Of a stretch of 27,662 nucleotides of DNA, positions 7,215-16,262 are shown in pieces. Every line of letters starts with the position of its first letter. Position 1 is the first letter of the stretch. A program made the translations under genes and the position numbers. The DNA lies in assembly GCA_964500025.1 (NCBI GenBank), contig CAZCMQ010000003.1, positions 1 to 27,662 on the forward strand, read 5' to 3'. Source of the DNA: an uncultured Candidatus Saccharibacteria bacterium. GTDB taxonomy: Bacteria > Patescibacteriota > Dojkabacteria > SC72. The notes beneath the pieces were generated by a model. It searched no databases, was not told the origin of the DNA, and saw only the letters and a program-made list of their open reading frames with translations.

Positions 7215-8321
7215 ATGCCCAAGATAGTAAAACTAGAAAAAAACAACTTAGAGCAAGTATTAAACGAAGCCGTTGAGGTAATTAGAAACGGTGGACTTGT
7301 CGTATATCCATCTGACACGTGCTATGGAATCGCAACAGATGCAACTAATCAAGATGCCGTAGACAGATTGAAAAAATATAAACAATTTAGGGGGCAAAAG
7401 CCAATCTCAGTAAATGTTGCATCAAAAGAAATGGCTTCTGAATATGTAAAAATAAATGAGACAGCACAAAACCTGTATGACAACTACATACCAGGTCCGA
7501 TTACAATAATCTCTGAAAGCCTCGGTAAACTAGCAAATGGGGTCCAATCAGACTGGGGAACAGTAGGAGTAAGAATCCCAGACCATGAGGTTCCAGTTAA
7601 GCTTGCTCAAAAATTTGGAAAGCCGGTAACTGCAACATCTGCAAATGTTTCGTACAAAAGCCTCCCATACAGCATAGAGTCATTATTTAAATACACGCCT
7701 AAGAAAAGTTTGGAACTAATTGATCTAATAATAGATGCAGGAGAACTCCCTAAGAATGTCCCTTCTACTGTTTTGGACACCACCATGAACTCCCTCCAAC
7801 TCTTGCGAGAAGGCAAAATGGAATTTGAAGACGCTGTTAAAAAGTCCAACCTCTACAAAACTGTCACAACACAAACTGCACAGGAAACAATTGAATTTGG
7901 AAAAGAAATAGCACAGTACTTTGCTTCAAAGCATGACAATGGCTCACTCGTTTTTGCATTAAGTGGTGAGCTTGGAGCAGGAAAAACCCAGTTTACCAAA
8001 GGAATTGGAGAGCACCTTTCAGTAGAAGATATGGTTAACTCCCCAACCTACACCATTATCAACGAGTACCGATACAATGACGGAGAGAACGAGAGAACAC
8101 TTGCCCACATGGATACATGGAGAATTGCTGATGTGGAAGAATTCAAAAGATCTGGATTAAAAGAATACTTGGAATCAAGTGATATTGTTGTAATTGAATG
8201 GGCTGACAAATTCTTCCATGAGATTGAAGAGATTGTAAAAGAGTTTGGTGGAGTATTAGTCAAAATTAATTTTAAGTATCTCTCTGAAACAGAAAGGGAG
8301 ATTTCAGTATATGAGTCATAG
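7215..8321 (+). CDS. tsaC-tsaE: fusion of TsaC/YrdC/Sua5-like threonylcarbamoyl-AMP synthase domain (N-term) with TsaE/YjeE P-loop ATPase domain (C-term)
   Basis: N-terminus: GGLVVYPSDTCYGIATDA ... VGVRIPDH (YrdC fold). C-terminus: ALSGELGAGKTQFTKGI ... SPTYTIINEY ... HMDTWRI (TsaE Walker A and SPT motifs). Confidence 0.85.
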   Translation: MPKIVKLEKNNLEQVLNEAVEVIRNGGLVVYPSDTCYGIATDATNQDAVDRLKKYKQFRGQKPISVNVASKEMASEYVKINETAQNLYDNYIPGPITIISESLGKLANGVQSDWGTVGVRIPDHEVPVKLAQKFGKPVTATSANVSYKSLPYSIESLFKYTPKKSLELIDLIIDAGELPKNVPSTVLDTTMNSLQLLREGKMEFEDAVKKSNLYKTVTTQTAQETIEFGKEIAQYFASKHDNGSLVFALSGELGAGKTQFTKGIGEHLSVEDMVNSPTYTIINEYRYNDGENERTLAHMDTWRIADVEEFKRSGLKEYLESSDIVVIEWADKFFHEIEEIVKEFGGVLVKINFKYLSETEREISVYES

Positions 8322-9369
8322 AATACTAGCTGTAGATACAAGTTGTGATGAAACATCCGTTGCGGTTGTAGATGGTCGAAGGGTTCTTTCAAGTGTGCGC
8401 TCTTCCCAGGTAGATCTGCACAGCGAGTGGGGTGGTGTTGTCCCAATGATTTCAAAACGAGCTCATGAGGAGAATATCCAAGGCGTATATGAAGAGGCAT
8501 TGAGTAAAGCTAAGCTCACAATACAAGATATTGATTACCTTGCTGTTACATACGGCCCAGGACTTGCAATTGATTTGGAAGTTGGGATTGAGTTTGTAAA
8601 GGAATTGGCTAAGAAATATGATAAGAAAGTAGTTGCAATAAATCATATGGAAGGACACCTCCTTTCCTCCCTAGTTCTTAATTCAAAAGGAAACGGACTG
8701 ATCTCCGATGAAAAGCTTCCTGAAATATTTCCGGCTCTTGCCCTTCTCGCTTCCGGAAAACATACCGAAATTGTTCATGTAGAAAAGATCGGAAAGTATA
8801 GAAAGTTGGGTCAGACTTTAGACGATGCTGCAGGTGAGGCTTTTGACAAGGTTGGTAGAATGTTGGACTTTGGATATCCCGGTGGTCCTGTTGTTTCAGA
8901 GTTTGCCAAAAAGGGTAAAAGGGGAATTATTGAACTTCCAATTCCTATGGCTAAATCAGGAGACCTGAATTTCAGCTATTCCGGATTAAAAACAGCTTGT
9001 TTGTACAAGATTAAGGAATTGAAAGAGTCAGGTGTTCCTCAAAAAGAGTGGATCTATGATTTCTGTAGAAGTTTTGTGGATGTTCTCACTGAGTCATTGA
9101 AGATTAAGCTGTCTAAGGCTATTGAGATGAATTCGGATATTAAGAGTGTATTAGTTGGTGGTGGAGTTTTTGGAAGTGAGTATATTTTAAGAGAGGTTGG
9201 ACAGGTAGTTAAGTCATATGGATTGGAGTATCTGTATCCTGAGAAGGAGTATAGGACGGATAATGCTGCTATGATTGGTATTGCAGCACATTTTAATATT
9301 CTTGAGGGAAATGTTTTGAGTGAGGAAGAGTTGGAAGGATTGGATAGGGACCCGAGACTGAGTCTTTAG
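8311..9369 (+). CDS. tsaD: tRNA N6-adenosine threonylcarbamoyltransferase TsaD (Kae1/Qri7/YgjD family)
   Basis: ILAVDTSCDETSVAVV N-terminus and the HMEGH metal-binding motif (AINHMEGHLLSS). There is an 11-nt overlap with the upstream gene (ATGAGTCATAG), suggesting translational coupling. Confidence 0.9.
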   Translation: MSHRILAVDTSCDETSVAVVDGRRVLSSVRSSQVDLHSEWGGVVPMISKRAHEENIQGVYEEALSKAKLTIQDIDYLAVTYGPGLAIDLEVGIEFVKELAKKYDKKVVAINHMEGHLLSSLVLNSKGNGLISDEKLPEIFPALALLASGKHTEIVHVEKIGKYRKLGQTLDDAAGEAFDKVGRMLDFGYPGGPVVSEFAKKGKRGIIELPIPMAKSGDLNFSYSGLKTACLYKIKELKESGVPQKEWIYDFCRSFVDVLTESLKIKLSKAIEMNSDIKSVLVGGGVFGSEYILREVGQVVKSYGLEYLYPEKEYRTDNAAMIGIAAHFNILEGNVLSEEELEGLDRDPRLSL

Positions 9370-9377
9370 GATTCTTT

Positions 9378-10154
9378 TCAGGCTAAGGAACTTATAAAAT
9401 TTTCTATTAAATAGTTTGTCCTTTCTGGTTGCTCCATGTTAACCATATGACCAGCATCTTGGACAATTATCCTTGTAGAATTTCTAATACCACTTTCTAG
9501 AACACCAGCAACTTCATTGTAGTACTCGAGATCATTCTCTCCTGTAATTATCTGAGTTGGTATCTGTATCTGGCTTAACCTTGTTACTGCAGGAGGTTCA
9601 ATTTTTAATGCTGGGTCTTGATTTATCCAATGCCATCCAGAATATTCAGAAACTATATCTTGAATTTCACTAAATACTTGCTCTTTTTTTCTTGCTGGTG
9701 AAAACAACTCATGGTTTAACCAGTTCCTTTTTGCTGTTTCTGTGCCCTTTTCAGCTTCTAGAGAGTACTGTACTTTTCGAGGATATCCTCCTAAAGTTGA
9801 GGAAAGGAGTGTAAGTGACTTTACAAATTCTGGATATGTAAGGGCAAAATCAATTGAAATGTATCCTCCTAGAGAAAGGCCTACAATGTGAGCATTTGTA
9901 ATATTTAAGCTCTTCATAAGATTTAATAAATCCTCATGATGTGAGTAAGGTCCTTTTGGCACTGGCGATTTTCCGAACCCTCGGATATCGTAGGTGATGC
10001 ACGAATAACTGTCTTTCAGGTGCTCGACCTGTTTTCTCCACATCCTATTAGTTAGTCCAAATCCATTGATAAATACAATGGGATCTCCGGAACCTTCTTT
10101 TTCATAGTATATGGGCTCACCTGTGGTTGTATGATCTTCAAATGTTGGTTGCAT
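9378..10154 (-). CDS. alpha/beta hydrolase fold protein
   Basis: IVFINGFGLT... oxyanion region, nucleophile elbow HIVGLSLGG (GxSxG), and a C-terminal DAGHM catalytic His. Confidence 0.8.
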   Translation of the reverse strand: MQPTFEDHTTTGEPIYYEKEGSGDPIVFINGFGLTNRMWRKQVEHLKDSYSCITYDIRGFGKSPVPKGPYSHHEDLLNLMKSLNITNAHIVGLSLGGYISIDFALTYPEFVKSLTLLSSTLGGYPRKVQYSLEAEKGTETAKRNWLNHELFSPARKKEQVFSEIQDIVSEYSGWHWINQDPALKIEPPAVTRLSQIQIPTQIITGENDLEYYNEVAGVLESGIRNSTRIIVQDAGHMVNMEQPERTNYLIENFISSLA

Positions 10155-10242
10155 AGAAGCATTTTATCAGTAGGCTTATTTATAGTAAAGATGATGTTTA
10201 GATATAAACAGATCTTACTGAATTGTTGCTTATGCATTCGTC

Positions 10243-11691
10243 GTGATAGAATATACTATGAGTGGTATCCCAAGAAATTTTGAATCCGAAAGTAGTGAAT
10301 CACAACCCTTATCTGCATTGTCTGTTTTTGATGGTCGCTACAGCGAGGATACAAAAGAATTAACTCCATATCTTTCCGAAGCCGCATTAATTGATAAGAG
10401 AATTTTTGTTGAATTAATGTATTTAATGAAACTCTCCAGAGAAGGGATTGTTAGAGAGTTTTCAGATGAGGAAACCAATTATATTTCCACAATAATTGAT
10501 GAAGATCCCTTGTCGAAAGCTATTGCCATTAAGGGGCATGAGAAGATTGTTAAGCATGATGTAAAAGCTGTTGAACTTTTTTTAAGAGATAAATTCGAAG
10601 GTACATCACTTCAGGATCAGACCGAAAATATTCATTACTGTTTAACATCAGAGGATGTAAACAATCTCGCTTATCGTCTGATGTTTAAAGAGTCTTTAGA
10701 ACAGGTCTTTATGCCAGATTTCGAAAAAGTGATTGTTTCTCTATTGAGTTTTGCTAATGAGAATAGATCAATAGTTATTATGGGTAGAACACATGGGCAA
10801 GATGCTGTGCCAACAACTTTTGGTAAAGAAATTGCCGTTTATGCTGATAGATTATTAAAAAAATATGAGCAGCTCTCAAGACTTAGGTTAACCGGGAAGC
10901 TAAATGGTGCGGTAGGTTCCTGGAACTCTTTCTACTTTGCGCACCCTGAGTCAGATTGGATTAGAATTTCAAAAGAATTTGTGGAGAGTCTTGGTCTGGA
11001 GTTTAATCCGGTAACAACTCAGATCAATCCATATGACGATGTTGTTGAAATGCTTTCAAAGTTCCATAATATTAATGGAATTCTTCTAGACCTGGATCAG
11101 GATATGTGGCGCTACATTAGTGATGGATGGCTCAAACAAAAGAATGCAGAAAATCAAGTGGGTTCTTCTACAATGCCTCAGAAGGTCAATCCAATTAATT
11201 TCGAAAACAGTGAAGGTAATTTACAGATAGCTAATGGAAGCATTGAGGCACTTCAGAGAACCTTACCTATCTCAAGATTGCAGCGAGATCTGTCAAACAG
11301 TACTTTAGTTCGCAATGTTTCTCACATATTTGGCTACGAACATTTGGCGATGGCTGGAATTTTAAAAGGAATGTCAAAGGTATTTGTTGATCAGCAAAAA
11401 GTAGCCTCGTACTTGAATGAAAATTGGTCAAATCTTGCAGAACCGTTACAGACTTTGCTTCGTAAAAGTGGATTCTCAGATGCATATGAAGATGTCAGAA
11501 AAAAGGTTATGGGTAGGTCACTAAGTCGAGAGGAGTGGACTTCACTGGTTACAGAATTGGCAGTAGATGGTCATGTTAAAGAGGAGTTGTTAGGATTAGA
11601 TTTCTCTCGGTATATTGGCATTAGTGAAGGTATTGTTGATCTTGTCTCTAAAAAAGCGACTACTTTACTTCACTCCAACAGGGATAGCTAA
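10243..11691 (+). CDS. purB: adenylosuccinate lyase
   Basis: Fumarate-lyase signature GSSTMPQKVNPINFENSEGN. It can be aligned with E. coli PurB throughout (HDVKAVE, CLTSEDVNN, GRTHGQDAVP). Confidence 0.9.
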   Translation: MIEYTMSGIPRNFESESSESQPLSALSVFDGRYSEDTKELTPYLSEAALIDKRIFVELMYLMKLSREGIVREFSDEETNYISTIIDEDPLSKAIAIKGHEKIVKHDVKAVELFLRDKFEGTSLQDQTENIHYCLTSEDVNNLAYRLMFKESLEQVFMPDFEKVIVSLLSFANENRSIVIMGRTHGQDAVPTTFGKEIAVYADRLLKKYEQLSRLRLTGKLNGAVGSWNSFYFAHPESDWIRISKEFVESLGLEFNPVTTQINPYDDVVEMLSKFHNINGILLDLDQDMWRYISDGWLKQKNAENQVGSSTMPQKVNPINFENSEGNLQIANGSIEALQRTLPISRLQRDLSNSTLVRNVSHIFGYEHLAMAGILKGMSKVFVDQQKVASYLNENWSNLAEPLQTLLRKSGFSDAYEDVRKKVMGRSLSREEWTSLVTELAVDGHVKEELLGLDFSRYIGISEGIVDLVSKKATTLLHSNRDS

Positions 11692-11733
11692 TAGCACTTG
11701 CATGACATCCCCTTTGTGATATTATGAGGGTAT

Positions 11734-13224
11734 ATGGATGGAGTCACCGGCAGAATAATGGACTCGAAAGAAGTCCTAAAATTGTATCGTGATACAGTTA
11801 AAAACTCTCCACCTCTCACCAAACTTAAAAGCAGTATAAAAAATCCCGGAGGCTCATATCGCCCCAATACCATTTCTGTAGAAGACGTATATTTTGGAGA
11901 TTCTGGAAAAGGATCTGTTGTTGCAAAATACAACAATATTCTTGCTAAAGATATGAAGCTGGTTTCACTCCGCTTTAATGGAGGGGCTAACGCGGGTCAC
12001 GAGACTATGTTTAATGGAAAACTTGTTGTTACTCATCAACTCCCAACTGCAGTCGCAGCACCTGGTGCTGTTGCAATAATTAGTAGGGGAATGTTAATCC
12101 ACCCTGAAGATCTTCTTGTCGAAATAAATGAAGTAAAAGAAGTTTTCTCTGGCATCCTTCCAGGGCAACTACTAATAGACGAAAGAGTCACCCTTGCACT
12201 TGATACACACAGGGCATTTGAAGGCGTGTTAAATGGTATAACCACAGGAGGAAGAGGATCCACCGGTCGAGGAATCGCAACGGGTTACTCAAGTCACTAC
12301 GAGAGATTCCCTGTTATTCTAAAAGACCTGCTTTCCCATAGATGGGAAGATATTTTTAGAGCACACTACAGAATATATGAGAAGCTAGTCCTCGGATCTT
12401 CAAACTCCCTTCCACTTTCTGAAATTGAAGTTCTAACCTATTCAAAAAACAAGGGTGAGAAAAGAAAGGTAGGAGACGAAGATACCTTTATATCGAGATT
12501 AAAACTCGCTCGTTCAGAAATTAGGCGTTACAGGGTTGATAACATGCACGACGTTATCAAGCAGGCTTGGCAGGATACAAAAGTAGCTGTAACTATTGAG
12601 GGCGCACAAGGAGCTGGTCTTGATCCGTATCATGGTGTCTATCCCGATGTAACATCCAGTAGACCAATGTCGCGCTTTATGAATGATGCTACATACAACA
12701 TCATTCTTCCTGAAGATATTCTTTTTAGAGTAGCTGTCATGAAAACAACATACATGTCCAGTGTAGGCAGAAGAGTTCTTCCTGATATGCCAGATGAGGA
12801 GAAGATAAAATGGATACAAAGTGCTTTTGATGAAAGGGGAAGAACCTCTGGAAGGTTAAGAGATATATATCCTGTTTCCATACCTATTGCCCAATATCTA
12901 AGAAGGGCGGCTGGTTATACATGTATTGCCGCAACGCACCTTGATGCTTCAAAAGTTGATTCCGATATTGAAGTTGTTACTCACTACACGAAAAAAGATT
13001 CTGGTGAAGAGGGACCATACCTTCCTTATCAAGATATCCTTGATGAATTTGATCCAAACTTTGTAAAATTTAGCGGTTGGGATGGTGAGGAAGTAAAAAC
13101 TATTCATAACCCTAAGAATTTGCCTTTGGAAGCTCTGCAGTATCTTCACTTCTTGGACAAAACAATTGCCCCTGTTGTTATGGCAACAACAGGCCCAGAT
13201 TTAGAGGACTATATTCTCTGGTAG
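11734..13224 (+). CDS. purA: adenylosuccinate synthetase, divergent, with a ~45-aa N-terminal extension
   Basis: YFGDSGKGSVVAKY (P-loop, GDEGKGK-like) and NGGANAGHE (GGxNAGHT). 496 aa compared with roughly 430 in typical PurA. Confidence 0.8.
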   Translation: MDGVTGRIMDSKEVLKLYRDTVKNSPPLTKLKSSIKNPGGSYRPNTISVEDVYFGDSGKGSVVAKYNNILAKDMKLVSLRFNGGANAGHETMFNGKLVVTHQLPTAVAAPGAVAIISRGMLIHPEDLLVEINEVKEVFSGILPGQLLIDERVTLALDTHRAFEGVLNGITTGGRGSTGRGIATGYSSHYERFPVILKDLLSHRWEDIFRAHYRIYEKLVLGSSNSLPLSEIEVLTYSKNKGEKRKVGDEDTFISRLKLARSEIRRYRVDNMHDVIKQAWQDTKVAVTIEGAQGAGLDPYHGVYPDVTSSRPMSRFMNDATYNIILPEDILFRVAVMKTTYMSSVGRRVLPDMPDEEKIKWIQSAFDERGRTSGRLRDIYPVSIPIAQYLRRAAGYTCIAATHLDASKVDSDIEVVTHYTKKDSGEEGPYLPYQDILDEFDPNFVKFSGWDGEEVKTIHNPKNLPLEALQYLHFLDKTIAPVVMATTGPDLEDYILW

Positions 13225-13279
13225 CTTGTCTTTTATTTTCTGCTGCACTATTATTTATAGTTAAGTTAGGGATACAAAC

Positions 13280-15547
13280 ATGGCTCGAAACTTATATTCT
13301 CAAGAACCGGTAGTTATAAACTCAGTATATAAAGATACTCAGTCTTCTCCTACAAAAAAGTATCTTGAAATAGCAACTACTAATGAGAATAAGTTGAAGG
13401 AAATTCGCAGGATTCTGAAGGATTTCGAGATAATTGGAAAGTCTCTAGATATAGAGGAGATACAATCATTAAATTGGTCAAGGGTTGCCTCCGCTAAGGC
13501 AAAAGCAGCATATGAAGCAAATGGGTATAATCCTATTTTAGTAGAAGACACCTCGCTTGAAGTAAAAGGTCTTGATGGCTTCCCTGGAACTTATGTTAAT
13601 GATTTCTTCTCAACCGCTTCTATGAGAAAGGAGGTTGCCCAAAATTGGCTTAATGGAAAAGATAGATCCGCAATTGCTAAAGTAACCCTTGCCATCTTTG
13701 ACGGTAAAGAAGCTTTCATTTTTGAGGGAAATTGCGAAGGTAAAATTTCCGAAACTCCTATGGGTATGAATGGCTTTGGATGGGATGACATCTTTATCCC
13801 AAATGGTCAGCCAAAGGGTGAAAAGAAAACATTTGCACAGATGAATTCTGAGCAAAAGGATAAGTATTCGATGAGAGTGAATGCTTTAAAGAAATTTCTT
13901 AAGAGTCCTCCAGTTTTGAACTACAAAGTTTTTAAACTTCTTGAACCTTTTGACCAAGAGATGCAACGAGTTAGACTAAAGGAATTGAAGGATGAGACAG
14001 CTATTAAGTTCGCGTATACTCTCGAAGCGATCGAGGGTGATAATGAAGCGAATAATCTTTTAACTGCTCCTAACTATTCTGAAGTTTACTTAGAAGAGAA
14101 TGCCTATTTTTCTAGATTTTTGCAAAAGAAAAATAGTAAAAGCATAGGATTAATGCTGACTGATACTGATCGTACACACATAAAGTTGCAGAAAAATGGT
14201 TATCCAGTCCTTTGGCAAATGGGTCCAGAGAGAAGGCACCTTGCCTTGGCAGAAAGGGTTGAATATTTTACTGAAAATCAGAGTAAAGATGCTCATAAGA
14301 TATTGGATGAATTGGAAAATAAAAAAGAAAGTTTCCCAAAGAGGTCTAATAAGAGATCTATTACTATAGATAGATCTTTAGGGTTTGTCGGTGGAGATGT
14401 TGTAACTCGTGCTTCTGCAGTAAAGGAAATTGGTTATAAGAAATTTGCATCAGAAAAAGAAGTGAGCAGAACGAAGGCTTCAAAATCTGGGCTTTTCAAT
14501 ATAATTGGGAAGTATGCAAGAAGTATTTATTCAATTGGTTGTCTTCCTTGGGTTTCTGGTTGGAGAGATGTGATTATTACCGGTGCAGTCGGCCATATGC
14601 CTGTTTTTGTACACAGGAATAATCTCAATGCGATTGATCTTCAGAATCAAATTGATCTGATTAACGATGCGAAAAAAGCTATAAAAAGTTTAGGTCTTTC
14701 AAAAAAAGCTCTTGAGAGGGCGTATAATAATATCGGTGCGGCGGTAGGTACAAATCCTGTCGAGGATAGGAAAAAAGCTAGGAGGCTATATGATGAAGCA
14801 GGTGTGAAATTATTTAGGATATACACAATAAACTCGGATCCTAGGGTTGTTCAAACAGCACGAGCAATTAGAGAAGAACTAGGGGAAGATGTAGAGATAT
14901 TTGTTGGTCAGTTAGTTGATAAAAGACAGGCGTATGAATTAATTGTTGATGATATTAAGATTGACGGTTTGATTATTGGTCACGGTGGTGGAAGAGTCTG
15001 TACATCTGCAACGAATGGCATGGCACTTAGCACACTTGAAGAAATTTATTCGATCGTTACTGATAGTGCATTTAATAATACTAGTGTACTTGTTGAGGGT
15101 GGTTTAGGTAGTCATATTGGAAGTTCACTTATTATGGGAGTTGATGGCATATTGCGCAATGGACAATTTGCAAGCTGTGTTATTGAGCAGGGTGACCTAT
15201 TTTTTGAACATATGAATGGAAAGCCTTGTCAGCCATACCATGGTAGCGCAAGTGCTGCAACTATGATTATTGAGTCATACAATCCTGAGAATGCTAAGGG
15301 ACGATTATTTGCTAGTGGAAGGGCTAAAAATGTAGAAGGTAAGCCTGGCTACATTTATTATGAGGAAAAGGGTAACTCAATGTCGTTCTATGTAAATGAA
15401 TTCAAACACTATGCGGCGAGGACTCTTGCAGATTTAGGTGTTGAAAGTATCTGGGAATTGAGAGAGTTTGTAGCAAATACAGATGAAGAGATATTTAGAG
15501 AGGTTACGCCAGAAGCATCAGTTGTTTCAGGAGCTTGGAGGAACTAG
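13280..15547 (+). CDS. multidomain protein: N-terminal Ham1/RdgB-type non-canonical purine NTP pyrophosphatase (ITPase) domain, an uncharacterised middle region, and a C-terminal IMPDH/GMP-reductase-like TIM barrel with catalytic Cys loop
   Basis: N-terminus: ATTNENKLKE ... VEDTSLEV ... GFPGTYVNDF (ITPase motifs). C-terminus: IGHGGGRVCTSATNGMAL (compare IMPDH VGIGPGSICTTR) ... VLVEGGLGSHIGSSLIMGVDG (compare IADGGI..SGDI.KA.A.GA). 755 aa. Confidence 0.7.
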   Translation: MARNLYSQEPVVINSVYKDTQSSPTKKYLEIATTNENKLKEIRRILKDFEIIGKSLDIEEIQSLNWSRVASAKAKAAYEANGYNPILVEDTSLEVKGLDGFPGTYVNDFFSTASMRKEVAQNWLNGKDRSAIAKVTLAIFDGKEAFIFEGNCEGKISETPMGMNGFGWDDIFIPNGQPKGEKKTFAQMNSEQKDKYSMRVNALKKFLKSPPVLNYKVFKLLEPFDQEMQRVRLKELKDETAIKFAYTLEAIEGDNEANNLLTAPNYSEVYLEENAYFSRFLQKKNSKSIGLMLTDTDRTHIKLQKNGYPVLWQMGPERRHLALAERVEYFTENQSKDAHKILDELENKKESFPKRSNKRSITIDRSLGFVGGDVVTRASAVKEIGYKKFASEKEVSRTKASKSGLFNIIGKYARSIYSIGCLPWVSGWRDVIITGAVGHMPVFVHRNNLNAIDLQNQIDLINDAKKAIKSLGLSKKALERAYNNIGAAVGTNPVEDRKKARRLYDEAGVKLFRIYTINSDPRVVQTARAIREELGEDVEIFVGQLVDKRQAYELIVDDIKIDGLIIGHGGGRVCTSATNGMALSTLEEIYSIVTDSAFNNTSVLVEGGLGSHIGSSLIMGVDGILRNGQFASCVIEQGDLFFEHMNGKPCQPYHGSASAATMIIESYNPENAKGRLFASGRAKNVEGKPGYIYYEEKGNSMSFYVNEFKHYAARTLADLGVESIWELREFVANTDEEIFREVTPEASVVSGAWRN

Positions 15548-15604
15548 TAGACAAATTTCCAGAAATTCTATATTATCCTCTAGAATAATATTGCCGGTTT
15601 TAAG

Positions 15605-15877
15605 ATGACAGAAAGCCAGCCGAAGCCAGATCAGAATGGCGTACCAGATACAGAGGCATACAAAGTTGAAATAGAGGCTTTTGTTAATGCATTCATAAAT
15701 TCTCCCGAAGAACTAGAGCTAAGGTCATCTGCTGATTTCTCTTTTTTGAGCAATATCAATAACTATACTATACCTGGGATAATAAGTGAGATAAATTTTT
15801 CATATCCTGATCTTCTGTCTGATGAGATGATAGACTTGAACTCAGAACTGTTCCTGCCCTTGACGAGAATGTGCTAA
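15605..15877 (+). CDS. hypothetical small acidic protein
   Basis: 90-aa ORF. Overlaps the next ORF by 7 nt in a different frame. Confidence 0.3.
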   Translation: MTESQPKPDQNGVPDTEAYKVEIEAFVNAFINSPEELELRSSADFSFLSNINNYTIPGIISEINFSYPDLLSDEMIDLNSELFLPLTRMC

Positions 15878-16260
15878 CTGCCAGAGTAGCAACAATCTAT
15901 AGAATCCTTCATATCCTACAACCAATGTGCGCTGTGCGTAGAGAGATTTTAAGTGATTCAGAATGGTCAGACACAGAAGAAGCTCATCATCTTATAAGTA
16001 AAGTTTTGAATTATACAATTACGCAGATTTGTAGTCTGATTACTTTTGACGGATCAAGGGATATTGTTACATATAAAGGAAAGAAGATGTTGTTTGACCA
16101 ATACTTACAAGAAAATTGTATAGCCACAGTAAACCCAGAATACAAGGTATCTGTCATTGAGATGAGTGAAATATTAGCGCGTCTTCAAGATTACTTCATG
16201 GGTGATCCTCCAGACTCATTTGCCGATAGATATCTGGTTGAGGACGATGATGAAGAATAA
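15871..16260 (+). CDS. hypothetical acidic protein (GTG start in the ORF track; an internal Met is also possible)
   Basis: 129-aa ORF ending in EDDDEE. Could be the downstream half of a frameshifted single gene together with 15605..15877. Confidence 0.3.
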   Translation: MLTARVATIYRILHILQPMCAVRREILSDSEWSDTEEAHHLISKVLNYTITQICSLITFDGSRDIVTYKGKKMLFDQYLQENCIATVNPEYKVSVIEMSEILARLQDYFMGDPPDSFADRYLVEDDDEE

Positions 16261-16262
16261 CT

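Noticed and set aside
7169-7318. N-terminal 50 codons of the 6830..7318 track ORF
   Set aside because: Thioredoxin homology begins at the internal Met (start 7168). The upstream part is low-complexity and overlaps the divergent tsaC-tsaE start, so the shorter 6830..7168 CDS was preferred.
8048-8658. Minus-strand ORFs 8048..8500 and 8452..8658
   Set aside because: Antisense to the strongly supported TsaE and TsaD coding regions.
12036-13149. Several minus-strand ORFs of 66-101 aa inside purA
   Set aside because: All lie antisense to the adenylosuccinate synthetase gene, and their composition is not protein-like.
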